A stretch of 64,000 nt of DNA from Acidobacteriota bacterium (lineage in GTDB: Bacteria > Acidobacteriota > Thermoanaerobaculia > Multivoradales > J023), in assembly GCA_029263315.1 (NCBI GenBank), contig JAJCXR010000024.1, positions 124,526 to 188,525 on the forward strand, in the 5' to 3' direction. Of the stretch, positions 19,434 through 29,227 are shown one piece after another. Below the pieces are notes generated by a model. It saw nothing but the letters and a program-made list of their open reading frames with translations. It searched no databases and was not told the origin of the DNA. The translations under genes and the position numbers were made by a program. Position 1 is the stretch's first letter; every line of letters starts with the position of its first letter.

Positions 19434-21212
19434 GTGAAACAGCACCTGCTCCACGGCATCGGAGTCACCGAAGGCGTCGCCATCGGTACGGCGGTTTGCG
19501 TCAGCAATCACATCGGCGACATCCTGCAGATTCCCCTGGCCGAAGACGAGGTGGAGAAGGAAATCCGTCGTTTTGGACAGGCGGTGGAGCAGACCCGATC
19601 CGACATTCAGGGCCTGCGCAACCGGGTCGAGACGGAGATCAGCGAAGAGATCGCCAGAATTTTTGATGCCCAATGCCTCTTTCTCAACGATCCTTCCTTC
19701 TTGAGCTCGGTGGAGGATCACATCCGCGACGAGCGGGTGAATGCCGAGTGGGCCCTCAAAGAGACCATGACCGAGATCCAGCAGCGCTTCGACCTGATCG
19801 ACTCGCAGCATTTGCGGGAACGATCCGAAGACCTGCGCTATGCCTGCCGCTATGTCGTGCGGCATTTGCGCGGTCTCGATCTGCACCATCTCTCGGAGGT
19901 GGCCAACGACGTTGTGATCGTCGCCGACGACCTGTCTCCCTCCGACGCCGTGCGCCTCGGGCGGGAGAACGCCGCAGGTTTTGTCATCGAGCACGGCAGC
20001 CGCACCTCACACACCACCATCATTGCCCGTTCATTGAACATCCCGGCGGTGCTCGGCGTACACGGTGCCCAGGCACTGCTGACGGACCAATCCGAGATCC
20101 GGGTGGTGGTGGACGGCAGCCGTGGAGTGGTCGTGGTCGCACCTTCTGAGGAAACCCTGGACGGCTACCGGGAACAGAAGGTGGCCTTGCGTCAGCGGGA
20201 GAAGGAGCTCCAGGTGGAGAGCCAACTGCCGGTCTTGAGCCGCGATGGCGTCGCCGTACAGGTGATGGCCAACATCGATCTGCCGGAGGAAATCGAAGAG
20301 GCGCAGCGCTTCGACGCCGCCGGCATCGGTCTCTACCGCAGCGAGTTCCTCTATATCGAGAAGAGCCCCGAATTGCCCAGCGAAGAAGAGCATTTGGCGC
20401 TCTATCGTCAGATCGTTGAACGCATGGCGCCCAATCCGGCCATCATCCGAACCTACGATCTGGGCGGCCGCAAGATTGCCCGCGAAGTCATGGAAACCCA
20501 AGGTGAAAATCCGGCGCTGGGTTTGCGCGGCATTCGTCTCACCATGGCGCGACAAAACATCTTCAAATCTCAGGTGCGCGCCCTGTTGCGGGCCACCGTC
20601 TTCGGTGACCTCTGGATCATGCTGCCGCTGGTGACCATCCTCGAAGAGGTGCACGCCTTCCGAGCCTTCGCCGAAGAGATGATGGCGGAGCTGGAGGCCG
20701 AAGGGCACGCCTTTCGCCGCGACTTTCGACTCGGCATCATGATCGAGGTGCCCGCCGCCGCGATGATCAGCGACTTGCTGGCCAAGGAAGTGGACTTTTT
20801 TTCCATCGGCACCAACGACTTGATCCAATATGCTCTGGCGGTGGACCGCAACAACGAGCATGTGGCGAATCTCTACCGTCCGCTGCATCCCGGCCTGTTG
20901 CGCCTACTGCGTCAGGTGGTGGCCAGCGCTCGGGCCGAAGGCATCGAGGTCAGCCTTTGCGGTGAGATGGCCGCCGATCCTGCGCTGACCCCAATCCTCC
21001 TCGGCTGCGGCCTAAGGCGTCTGTCGGTGAATCCACGCCAAGTGCCGGTGATCAAGCACCGCATCCGTAGTCTCACCGTGGGTCGTCTGGCCGAGGTGGT
21101 GGACGTCTGCTGCCAGCTGGGCACCCAAGCCGAGATCGATGCCTACTTGCGTCAAGCTCTCGAAGAAGAGCAGGAAACTGCCGTTGGACCCGAGGGTCCC
21201 TCACCGGGATGA
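19434..21212 (+). CDS. ptsI: PEP-protein phosphotransferase (Enzyme I)
   Basis: GSRTSHTTIIARS, GLYRSEFLY, ENPALGLRGIR, SIGTNDLIQY, SLCGEMA. Confidence 0.95.
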   Translation: MKQHLLHGIGVTEGVAIGTAVCVSNHIGDILQIPLAEDEVEKEIRRFGQAVEQTRSDIQGLRNRVETEISEEIARIFDAQCLFLNDPSFLSSVEDHIRDERVNAEWALKETMTEIQQRFDLIDSQHLRERSEDLRYACRYVVRHLRGLDLHHLSEVANDVVIVADDLSPSDAVRLGRENAAGFVIEHGSRTSHTTIIARSLNIPAVLGVHGAQALLTDQSEIRVVVDGSRGVVVVAPSEETLDGYREQKVALRQREKELQVESQLPVLSRDGVAVQVMANIDLPEEIEEAQRFDAAGIGLYRSEFLYIEKSPELPSEEEHLALYRQIVERMAPNPAIIRTYDLGGRKIAREVMETQGENPALGLRGIRLTMARQNIFKSQVRALLRATVFGDLWIMLPLVTILEEVHAFRAFAEEMMAELEAEGHAFRRDFRLGIMIEVPAAAMISDLLAKEVDFFSIGTNDLIQYALAVDRNNEHVANLYRPLHPGLLRLLRQVVASARAEGIEVSLCGEMAADPALTPILLGCGLRRLSVNPRQVPVIKHRIRSLTVGRLAEVVDVCCQLGTQAEIDAYLRQALEEEQETAVGPEGPSPG

Positions 21213-22192
21213 GCTCCGGCCCGGCACCCAGAAGGAGACGAGCCATGCGTTCACCCAACAAGATCACCGATTCCATCGGTCTCTCCAGCAAATCCAACAT
21301 CGGCCGGCCGCCGCGCCGGATCTCGGTTTTCGCCGCGCCTTCGAGCCAAGGCTTGCTGCTGGCCGTTTGCTGCGCCGCCGCTTTGGCCTGCGCCGGCGGT
21401 GGCCAGCAAAGCCAAACATTGCCCTCGCAGTCGGTGAGCCAAGTGACACCCCAGCTGGAGCCGCCGCCGCCCCTGCCGCCGCCGGCGCCGGCGATCCGTG
21501 AAGTCACTTCGCAGACGGATCGGTCCACGGTCAAAGTGATCGAGGAGGGGGGCTCCGAATCGCAGCCCAAATCACTGGCCGAGGCCTCCCGTCTGGCCAA
21601 GGCCCGCAAGGGGCAACATGGCCCCTCGGTGGTCAGCATCAACGACGAAAACCTGCACGAGTTCTCTGAGCAAGGTGACATCATCGTCCTCGAATCGGCC
21701 CCGGCGGCACCCAACCCCGTCGACGATGCCGACGCTTTGGTGAATCCGACCTCCAATCGCCCCGACGACTCGGTGCGGGATGAGCAGTACTGGCGCAATC
21801 GGGCCCTCGAGCTGCGCATGGGTTGGCGACGAACGGTGGACCGTATCAAGGAGCTGACGCTAGAATCCGCTTCCCTGCGGCAACGCTTCTATGCCGAAGA
21901 CGATCCCTACGTCAGGGATAGCCAGCTCAAGCCGACTTGGGACCGAGTGCTCGACCGCATCGAGCAGCTCAAGCTTCGCTCCGAGCAATACGAGCGGGAG
22001 CTCGATACCTTCAGCACCGAAGGGAGACAATCCCAGGCCCACCAAGGCTGGCTGAATCAGGGTTGGGAGCTTGAGCCCTCCGCCGACGAAATGCCATGGA
22101 AAGCCGAGCGTGCCAACGCCGCCGGCGACAACCGCCTCCAGACCCTCGAAGCGGGGGAGGCAGAGATCAGTGAAGAGGTTTACGACCCATGA
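21209..22192 (+). CDS. Hypothetical lipoprotein with Pro-rich linker and coiled coil
   Basis: Hydrophobic stretch ending in lipobox-like AALAC; overlaps both neighbours by 4 bp; start uncertain. Confidence 0.6.
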   Translation: MSSGPAPRRRRAMRSPNKITDSIGLSSKSNIGRPPRRISVFAAPSSQGLLLAVCCAAALACAGGGQQSQTLPSQSVSQVTPQLEPPPPLPPPAPAIREVTSQTDRSTVKVIEEGGSESQPKSLAEASRLAKARKGQHGPSVVSINDENLHEFSEQGDIIVLESAPAAPNPVDDADALVNPTSNRPDDSVRDEQYWRNRALELRMGWRRTVDRIKELTLESASLRQRFYAEDDPYVRDSQLKPTWDRVLDRIEQLKLRSEQYERELDTFSTEGRQSQAHQGWLNQGWELEPSADEMPWKAERANAAGDNRLQTLEAGEAEISEEVYDP

Positions 22193-23514
22193 AAAAATTC
22201 TACGTCGAGACGTGGGGTTGTCAGATGAACGAGCTCGACAGCCAGCGCATGACGGGCCTGATGATGGAGCAGGGTATCCTGCCCACCCGCGAGGTCAAGG
22301 AGGCCGATCTCATCCTCCTCAACTCCTGCAGCATCCGCGAGAAGGCGGCCCAGAAGGCCTACTCCCGCTTGGGTGAGTATCGACTGCTGAAGAAAGACAA
22401 CCCGGAGTTGTTGATCGGCTTCTGCGGTTGCGTCGCCCAGCAGGAGGGGGAGAAGGCCTTAAAGCGAGTGCCGGATTTGGATTTTGTGATGGGGCCGGCG
22501 CGGGTCGGCGAGCTGCCGACCATCGTCGAGCAGCGCCGACGCTTCGGCAAACGGGTCGTCGCGACCGGTTTTCCGGAGGCCAGCCAACGCCAGTACGACT
22601 TCGACGCCCTGGCCCGCGAAGGTACCTTCAAGGGCATGGTCACCATCATCGAAGGGTGCAACAAGAAGTGCACCTTCTGCATTGTGCCGCAAACCCGCGG
22701 CCCGGAGCAGAGCCGTCCCATGGACGACATCCTAGCCGAGGTGCAGCATCTGGTGAGCTATGGCTTCCGCGAGATCGAGCTGCTCGGACAAACCGTCAAC
22801 CACTGGCGGGATCCACAAACCGATGTCGACTTCGCCGTCCTCCTCGATCGAGTCGCTACCATGCCGGGGGTCGAGCGCTTGCGTTTCGTCACCTCCTATC
22901 CCCGGGATTTCACCCAGGACATGGTGGATCAATTCGGGCGCCACGCCAACATATGCCCGTATCTCCATTTGCCCGTTCAGTCGGGTTCCAACCGCATCCT
23001 CAAGCTGATGGGGCGGGGCTACGACGTCGAGCTGTACTACGATCTGGTCGAGCGGATTCGCCGGGTACGTCCGGGCATCGCCCTGTCGACGGACCTGATC
23101 GTCGGTTTCCCGGGGGAAACGGACGAAGATTTTCAAGCCACCCTGAAGCTGGTGGAAGACATTCGCTACGGCTCCTTCTACGCCTTCAAGTATTCTCCCC
23201 GTCCCGGCACCGCGGCGCCCCGCTTGAAAGTCGACGCGGTGGCCCCCGAGGTCGCCGACCGTCGTCTACAAGAGCTCTTTGCCTTGCAACAGAGCATCCA
23301 AAGTGAGATCAATCGCGGGCTGGTGGGGGAGACCTTCGACACCCTGGTGACCAACTGGGGCAAACGACCGGGTACCCAAACCGGCCGCACCCCCTGCCAT
23401 CGCCTGATCCACTTCCCCTACGGCGACGCCCCCTTCGAGCTCGGCAGCACAACCCAGGTGACGGTGGAGGAGGGGTTGCCCCATTCCCTCGTCGGGCGCC
23501 CGGTCGCTGCCTAG
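22189..23514 (+). CDS. miaB: tRNA-2-methylthio-N6-isopentenyladenosine synthase
   Basis: TWGCQMNELDS, NSCSIREKA, radical SAM CNKKCTFC, HLPVQSGS, IVGFPGET, TRAM domain. Confidence 0.95.
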   Translation: MKKFYVETWGCQMNELDSQRMTGLMMEQGILPTREVKEADLILLNSCSIREKAAQKAYSRLGEYRLLKKDNPELLIGFCGCVAQQEGEKALKRVPDLDFVMGPARVGELPTIVEQRRRFGKRVVATGFPEASQRQYDFDALAREGTFKGMVTIIEGCNKKCTFCIVPQTRGPEQSRPMDDILAEVQHLVSYGFREIELLGQTVNHWRDPQTDVDFAVLLDRVATMPGVERLRFVTSYPRDFTQDMVDQFGRHANICPYLHLPVQSGSNRILKLMGRGYDVELYYDLVERIRRVRPGIALSTDLIVGFPGETDEDFQATLKLVEDIRYGSFYAFKYSPRPGTAAPRLKVDAVAPEVADRRLQELFALQQSIQSEINRGLVGETFDTLVTNWGKRPGTQTGRTPCHRLIHFPYGDAPFELGSTTQVTVEEGLPHSLVGRPVAA

Positions 23515-23768
23515 CGAGCTCTCGCAGGCTGCGCCCAGCCCGAAGGGCTCCCCGCCCCGCATTCTTTTCTCGGATGGACACTCGCAGGTGTCCATCCCGC
23601 TTCTACGCCCCCTGGCGCTCCTTCGCGCCAAGAATCCAATGCGAGATCTGGCACTCAGAAATTGGATTGTGGCCCTGAGGGGCCGGTGCGGGGGTGTGCG
23701 CTTCTGGCTGGGGCTAGGCGACGGCGAGGTCGATCGATACGACACAGTCCAGGGTCAAGCCCATTTAA

Positions 23769-23802
23769 CCCAGGGTGGCGTTGCTGCGCTCCTGACCCTG
23801 GG
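23769..23802. repeat. REP-like inverted repeat
   Basis: CCCAGGGT-N18-ACCCTGGG in the miaB/symporter intergenic region, with partial copies nearby (CCAGGGTC upstream, ACCCTGGGG downstream). Confidence 0.45.
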
Positions 23803-23890
23803 CTTTGATGGAGTACCCTGGGGTCGAAAGCCAGGGGACAAAACTCTGAATGGCGTTGCTTCTTGGAAGACAACGCCGATTGCAGGTTGA

Positions 23891-25222
23891 ATGTCTATGA
23901 CAGAAAAGAGCTCAAATGCATTGCGCCCCCTCGGGGCGCATCGACTCGTCACTCGATTGGACTACTTGGTTCGCACCAAGCTATGGGCACAGATCCTGAT
24001 AGCGATGGTGTTGGGCATCGGGGTGGGGCTCGCCCTGTCACCCACAGGTGGCGCGCTCGTCGAAGCGACGACCGCCACCATGATCGCGTCGTGGCTGGCG
24101 CTTCCGGGCCGATTGTTCCTGGCGCTGATACAGATGGTGGTCGTACCCTTGGTTCTGACCTCGATCATTCTAGGTATCGCCTCAGGCGGGGATCCCCAGT
24201 TTCTTCGCCAAATCGGTACGCGCATCGCACCCTACTTCCTGAGCACCACCCTCGTCGCCGTCGTCATTGGTGCCTCGCTTGCCCTATGGATTCGACCGGG
24301 TCAGTACGTAGATCAAGCGATGTCTATGACCTCGCCGTCTTCACAAAACCTGCCGGTGATCGAAGCACAGGAACAGATCCCGTTTCCCGATCGCATCGTA
24401 GAGGTGATCCCCGAAAACCCGTCCAACGCGATCCTCCAACGCTCGATGTTCCAGATCGTCGTCTTCGCGGTCCTCATGGCAGTCGCACTGCTTTCCATTT
24501 CCGCCGAGCGGGCCAAACCGTTGCTCGATCTCTGCGTGTCGTTGCAAGACGTGTCGATGAAGGTGGTGGGTTGGGCGATGGCTTTGGCACCAGCTGCTGT
24601 CTTCGGACTGCTGGCGCAGATCAGTGTTGAAGCAGGGCTCGACGCACTCTTGGGGATGTCCGCCTACGTCGGTACGGTGCTGCTCGGGCTGTTGCTGTTG
24701 CTGTTCTTCTACCTCTTAATTGTCGCTGTACTGGCGAGACGAAATCCCCTGACCTTCCTGGGCAATATCCGGGAAGCTCAGCTCCTCGCCTTTTCGACCT
24801 CCAGCTCGGCTGCCGTGATGCCGCTGTCCATGGAGATTGCGCAGGACAAGCTCGGCGTACCCAGACCCGTCTCACAATTTGTCATACCGTTGGGTGCCAC
24901 CGTGAACATGGACGGCACGGCACTGTATCAAGTGATTGCTGCGGTATTTCTGACGCAGGTCTACGGGATTGAGCTGACCCTCGCCCAACTCGCTCTGCTC
25001 TCCGCCACCACCGTAGGCGCGTCTATCGGCGCACCGAGCACACCCGGTGTCGGTATCGTGATCCTCGCCACGATCGTCCAGGGTCTGGGTGTGCCACCCG
25101 AAGGTGTTGCCCTCATCCTGGGAGTCGATCGCATTCTTGATATGACGCGCACCAGTGTGAATGTGTCAGGGGACCTCACCGCCTGCGTCGTGATGTCGCG
25201 CTGGCTGGATAAGCCAAAGTAG
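23891..25222 (+). CDS. Dicarboxylate/amino acid:cation symporter (DAACS, GltP-like)
   Basis: AFSTSSSAA, PLGATVNMDGTALY, GVDRILDMTRTSVNVSGD. Confidence 0.93.
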   Translation: MSMTEKSSNALRPLGAHRLVTRLDYLVRTKLWAQILIAMVLGIGVGLALSPTGGALVEATTATMIASWLALPGRLFLALIQMVVVPLVLTSIILGIASGGDPQFLRQIGTRIAPYFLSTTLVAVVIGASLALWIRPGQYVDQAMSMTSPSSQNLPVIEAQEQIPFPDRIVEVIPENPSNAILQRSMFQIVVFAVLMAVALLSISAERAKPLLDLCVSLQDVSMKVVGWAMALAPAAVFGLLAQISVEAGLDALLGMSAYVGTVLLGLLLLLFFYLLIVAVLARRNPLTFLGNIREAQLLAFSTSSSAAVMPLSMEIAQDKLGVPRPVSQFVIPLGATVNMDGTALYQVIAAVFLTQVYGIELTLAQLALLSATTVGASIGAPSTPGVGIVILATIVQGLGVPPEGVALILGVDRILDMTRTSVNVSGDLTACVVMSRWLDKPK

Positions 25223-25255
25223 GCATCCTGACGCTCTCAGGGTCGTGCGTCTGGC

Positions 25256-26215
25256 TCAGTGGTCTGAGGCGGAACCTCGTTCGCCTTGGATCGGGCTGAC
25301 AAAACCATCCGGTTTGATGGCAAGGATCGCGCACCCCACCTGCGGGAGAATTTCCTCAGCCGTGCTGCCGATGAAGAAGCCGGCGATGCCCGTGCGTGCG
25401 ACCGTTCCCATGACAAGCAAGTCAGCTCTTCCGCGATCGACCTCCTTGGATACCGTGTCCGAGGGTCGTCCCTTGACGACTTGCAGGGTGTGATCGACTC
25501 CTGCGAGATCCTGGCCTTGCACGAGCTCTTCAACCCGTACCTTGTGGGCATCTCTGGTTTCTTGCAAGAGTTGTTGGACTTCGTCGGCTGGAATCCGTCC
25601 ACGTCCGTGAAGCAGTAGACTCTCTCCAACCATCTCCCAAGCATGCAGGATCGTCAGCTTGGCGTTGTCTGCCCGTGCGATCCGGGCTGCCCATTCCAGG
25701 ATCCGCGCATCGAGACCGGGGTCTCGCCCAGGTCGTTGCTTCTCTGGATCCACCGCCGCGTAGACCCGCTGATAGGGCACTCGGTCTCGGGGCCTCGCAA
25801 TCCAAACTGGGCACGGACAGCTGCGAAGCAGGCGGAGGTCCGTGCTGCCGACAAACGAGCGTCGTGAGGGGGCCCCCCCGGACACCTTGATGATGTAGTC
25901 GGCTCCTGTTTCCAGCACCTCACGGATTACCTCGCTCGACCGAGAACCCACCCGTACCTTGGCAGCCGCATCGATACCGTGCGATTTGAGCTCTTCGGCG
26001 ATCTTCTCGGCCCGTCGCCGTTCCGACTCCACAAAGATTTCCCCGAGGTCACCGCCGCCGTGTCGAACACTCGGCACGTCGCCCGGTGTCACCAGCACTG
26101 TGACGCTCACGCCAGCGGGGGCAAATGCCCTGAGCCGCTCAATAGCTTCCTGATTGCCGAAATCAGGCTCATCGACCAGGATCGCTCTTCGATTATCCAC
26201 ATTGCCTCCTAGCAC
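25256..26215 (-). CDS. Tandem-domain universal stress protein (UspE-like)
   Basis: Two USP domains: GSTDLRLLRSCPCPVW and MGTVARTGIAGFFIGSTAEEIL..AIKPDGF. Confidence 0.9.
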   Translation of the reverse strand: MLGGNVDNRRAILVDEPDFGNQEAIERLRAFAPAGVSVTVLVTPGDVPSVRHGGGDLGEIFVESERRRAEKIAEELKSHGIDAAAKVRVGSRSSEVIREVLETGADYIIKVSGGAPSRRSFVGSTDLRLLRSCPCPVWIARPRDRVPYQRVYAAVDPEKQRPGRDPGLDARILEWAARIARADNAKLTILHAWEMVGESLLLHGRGRIPADEVQQLLQETRDAHKVRVEELVQGQDLAGVDHTLQVVKGRPSDTVSKEVDRGRADLLVMGTVARTGIAGFFIGSTAEEILPQVGCAILAIKPDGFVSPIQGERGSASDH

Positions 26216-26716
26216 CGAAATGCATCGTGTCCATCTTTGCCGCCTCCCTTTGCCGCCTCCATCGCACGGACAGATTTCTCAATCAAGGCGGTCCCCTGAG
26301 AAACTGACCCGACGAGTCTATCGTCATGAGTGTAGCGTCTATCCGTGGATCGAGAAAGTCCGCGCCCCTAACAGTCTGTGGTGAGTGAGTGAACGGTGTA
26401 ACCTACTATGCCGAGCCCGTTACCGGGCGCCCTCTCCGACAAACCCTCGAGTCTGCGATCATCGAGTTGGCGACAGGGAAGGCAGCGTCCGATGCAGGGG
26501 AGGCGAGCCCTTTATGCTCGAGACCAATGGCCGTTGTATCGATCGGCGTATCGATCGGCAAAAGCACTGCCCATAAACCTCAAGTGTTTTCTAGGAAAAT
26601 AGTTAAAGTGAAACTAGAGGTTTAAGGTCGGTGATCGGTCTCCTGACAAGGTCCGATCTCCTTTCTCAGGACCACCATCCTTGACCCAAACTCAACCGCG
26701 TCGGAGAATAAGGATC

Positions 26717-27220
26717 ATGAAAGACCCCAAGGACACACTCATCGAAATGAAGGTACGGAAGCTGATGGTCGACACAACGACCCATGTGCCGATCCTTATT
26801 CTCGCCAATGACGACGGCTCGAAGTTCTTGCCCATCTGGATCGGTCTCTTCGAAGCCAATGCCATCGCAACTTCCTTGGAGGGTAAAGGCAGCGCTCGTC
26901 CCATGACCCATGACTTGGCCGTCCATCTCATGGAGTCCTTAGATGGCTATCTACAACGAATCGTGATCAACGACCTCGAGGAGAGCACCTTTTACGCGCA
27001 GCTGATTATCGAGCAGGGTGGGGTAGAGGTCAGCCTCGACTCGCGACCCAGTGACGCCATTGCGATCGCCTTGCGAGCCAGTGTCCCGATTTTGGTCGCA
27101 GAAAAAGTGTTAGAACAAGCTACGAAGGAAGATCTCTCCAAACAGCTCAATGATGATGAAGAGCTCAAAAAGTGGTTGGAAGATGTGGATCCGGAGGATC
27201 TGGGCAAATATACGATGTAG
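26717..27220 (+). CDS. Bifunctional nuclease family protein (DUF151)
   Basis: LPIWIGLFEANAIA, RPMTHDL, DSRPSDAIAIALR. Confidence 0.92.
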   Translation: MKDPKDTLIEMKVRKLMVDTTTHVPILILANDDGSKFLPIWIGLFEANAIATSLEGKGSARPMTHDLAVHLMESLDGYLQRIVINDLEESTFYAQLIIEQGGVEVSLDSRPSDAIAIALRASVPILVAEKVLEQATKEDLSKQLNDDEELKKWLEDVDPEDLGKYTM

Positions 27221-27272
27221 ATTTCCGAAGGTAGGTTTCCGGATGTAAGCTTCCGGATGTAGGGTTCCGGCG
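27217..27272 (+). repeat. Four degenerate 14-bp tandem repeats starting at the DUF151 stop codon
   Basis: GTAGATTTCCGAAG / GTAGGTTTCCGGAT / GTAAGCTTCCGGAT / GTAGGGTTCCGGCG. Confidence 0.85.
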
Positions 27273-27580
27273 GCTTAATTGGCTGTCTGGCCGCTGCGCT
27301 TCATATTGGGAGAGTCACCACATAATATCTTCGCGCCCATCGAACAGCGCAAGGGCTAACCACCTTCGTAACGCCTTGGCCCACTCTGAACGGCAAACAA
27401 CAAACCACTCAGAGGTCTCTCTTCAGGGCCGCATCTAATTCCTTCTCTCCCGATCTCCCTTTGGTTCCTTGGCGCGAAGGAGCGCCGGTTCCTATGGCCC
27501 CGCGGCCAGGATTGAAACCCATCGATAGCGATCTGCAACTTGATAGCCCCGCACTGGCCGGAAGGTGGGCTAGTTCAAGA

Positions 27581-27598
27581 ATGTCGGCGCGCCGACAT
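27581..27598. promoter_or_regulatory. Candidate parS palindrome 1
   Basis: Perfect palindrome ATGTCGGCGCGCCGACAT, one of four identical copies upstream of parA. Confidence 0.75.
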
Positions 27599-27687
27599 GC
27601 ACTACCATCCCAGCTAGAGAAAATGCGGAGTGTGACCCCGGAGGGTAGGGTCCCAACGCCCGCGCAACGTCGGCGCAGTACCGCCCG

Positions 27688-27705
27688 ATGTCGGCGCGCC
27701 GACAT
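27688..27705. promoter_or_regulatory. Candidate parS palindrome 2
   Basis: ATGTCGGCGCGCCGACAT; extends to a 22-bp palindrome at 27686-27707. Confidence 0.75.
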
Positions 27706-27956
27706 CGACCTTCTTGGCAGGTTTCCACAACATTCCAGTTCGACAGATAGTCAGCTAGCGTCCACCCATTGTGTCGAAATCGGTCCTAGCGGTAGGCCCC
27801 AGCTGTCTGAGTCGCAGGGCCAGGGGGACGGTATGAACCCCGAATATCAATGGGTCTAGAGCGAAACGTCAGCTTGGGGCGATTTTCCGGAAGCCCCGCA
27901 CAGCCGAAAGGCCCCCGCCCCGCATCGCCCCTCGGATGGGATCCAGCTATCGTCCG

Positions 27957-27974
27957 ATGTCGGCGCGCCGACAT
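27957..27974. promoter_or_regulatory. Candidate parS palindrome 3
   Basis: ATGTCGGCGCGCCGACAT. Confidence 0.75.
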
Positions 27975-28093
27975 AGATCCGTCCGTTCTTCCGAAATCGG
28001 TAACGGGAGGTCCTTCGATCGAGCACGGAAGGAGCGCTATCTGAGAGCTCTCTGAGCGCTGTCTGAGCCCCAAGGCCAGTCTGCTGGCGCCCA

Positions 28094-28111
28094 ATGTCGG
28101 CGCGCCGACAT
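28094..28111. promoter_or_regulatory. Candidate parS palindrome 4
   Basis: ATGTCGGCGCGCCGACAT. Confidence 0.75.
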
Positions 28112-28428
28112 CGATCCGTTCCTCCGAAATCGGTGCCAACGAGAGGCCCTTGGCGGGTCCCCCTTCGAGCGAGCTCGGACGGAGCGCTGTCTGAGCCCCC
28201 AGGGCCATGGGACCAGATGGAACTATGAATTGGTTTAGATGGACACGTCAGCTTTGAGGCGAGTTTGTGGAATCCGCACGCGAACGAAGGGCTCCGGCCC
28301 CGCATCGTTGTCTCGCACGGGAACCAGCTCGGATAGGCCATGACCGCCATATCTTGGGTGTAGGAAGATGCAAACAACGCCATATGGCGTCTGAATGCAG
28401 ATTTCTCGATAAGAAACGCGCTCTAGTA

Positions 28429-28458
28429 TTGACCCCGTCAATGGCATGTAAGTAGACT
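28429..28458 (+). promoter_or_regulatory. Putative sigma70 promoter of parAB
   Basis: TTGACC-N18-TAGACT ending 10 nt before the parA ATG; the -35 lies within inverted repeat ATTGAC-CCC-GTCAAT. Confidence 0.45.
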
Positions 28459-28468
28459 TCACCTGCCC

Positions 28469-29227
28469 ATGATCATCGCAATCACCAATCAAAAAGGTGG
28501 GGTCGGTAAGACCACCACGGCCATCAACTTGTCGGCGGCTATGGCATCGAAGGGTTCTCGGACTCTATTGATCGATGTTGATCCGCAAGGCAATAGCTCC
28601 ATGTCGTACGTCGACCCCCATGCAGTCAAGCAGTCCATGTACGATGCCTTGACCGAGGACTCAGTTCATCTCTCCGACATCATTCAAGAGTCGGAGAAGG
28701 TGCCGAACCTCTCGGTTGCCCCAGCAACCATTTCGTTGGCTAAGCTGGAATCGGCCCTGTTGGGCGAGTTGGATAGCCATTTCCGCCTCAAGGACGAGCT
28801 CGACAAGATCGCGGACGACTTCGACTACATCATCATCGATACACCTCCAACGCTGGGCATCATCACCGTCAATGCGTTGGTGGCGGCCACACATGTATTG
28901 ATCCCGATCCAGTCCAGTTATTTTGCCCTTGAAGGGACGGATGATCTCCTGGAGACCATCGACAAAATCAAGGTTCGGGCCAATCCAAACTTGCAGATCC
29001 TCGGTGCCGTCATCACGCTGTACGACAAGAGGACGATTCTGGCTCGAGATATTCGGGAACAGATCGACCAAGTATTTGGCGACAAGCTCTTCGAGACCAC
29101 CATCAGCAAGAGCGTGCGGCTAGAAGAAAGTCCGGCCTACAAGGAATCGATCTTTTCGTTTGCCCCTCAATCCAGCGGTGCGTACGAGTACTACAAGTTG
29201 TCGGAGGAGGTTCTGAGTCGTGTCTAG
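28469..29227 (+). CDS. parA: ParA/Soj family partition ATPase
   Basis: Deviant Walker A NQKGGVGKTTT, DVDPQGN, IIDTPP; no N-terminal HTH (Soj/type Ib size). Confidence 0.95.
   Translation: MIIAITNQKGGVGKTTTAINLSAAMASKGSRTLLIDVDPQGNSSMSYVDPHAVKQSMYDALTEDSVHLSDIIQESEKVPNLSVAPATISLAKLESALLGELDSHFRLKDELDKIADDFDYIIIDTPPTLGIITVNALVAATHVLIPIQSSYFALEGTDDLLETIDKIKVRANPNLQILGAVITLYDKRTILARDIREQIDQVFGDKLFETTISKSVRLEESPAYKESIFSFAPQSSGAYEYYKLSEEVLSRV

Noticed and set aside
26193-26201. Perfect DnaA box TTATCCACA
   Set aside because: Single copy inside the usp coding sequence; likely chance.
27581-28111. Palindrome array as a CRISPR array
   Set aside because: Repeats are only 18 bp, spacing is irregular and long (107-269 bp), the spacers resemble each other, and there are no cas genes.
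27221-28468. Intergenic region as oriC or a plasmid iteron origin
   Set aside because: No cluster of TTATCCACA boxes, no clear AT-rich unwinding element, and no dnaA or rep gene in the window.
27409-28492. Short ORFs with repeated CRRADI/MSARRH peptides
   Set aside because: They are translations of the DNA palindrome on both strands; no RBS or protein-like composition.
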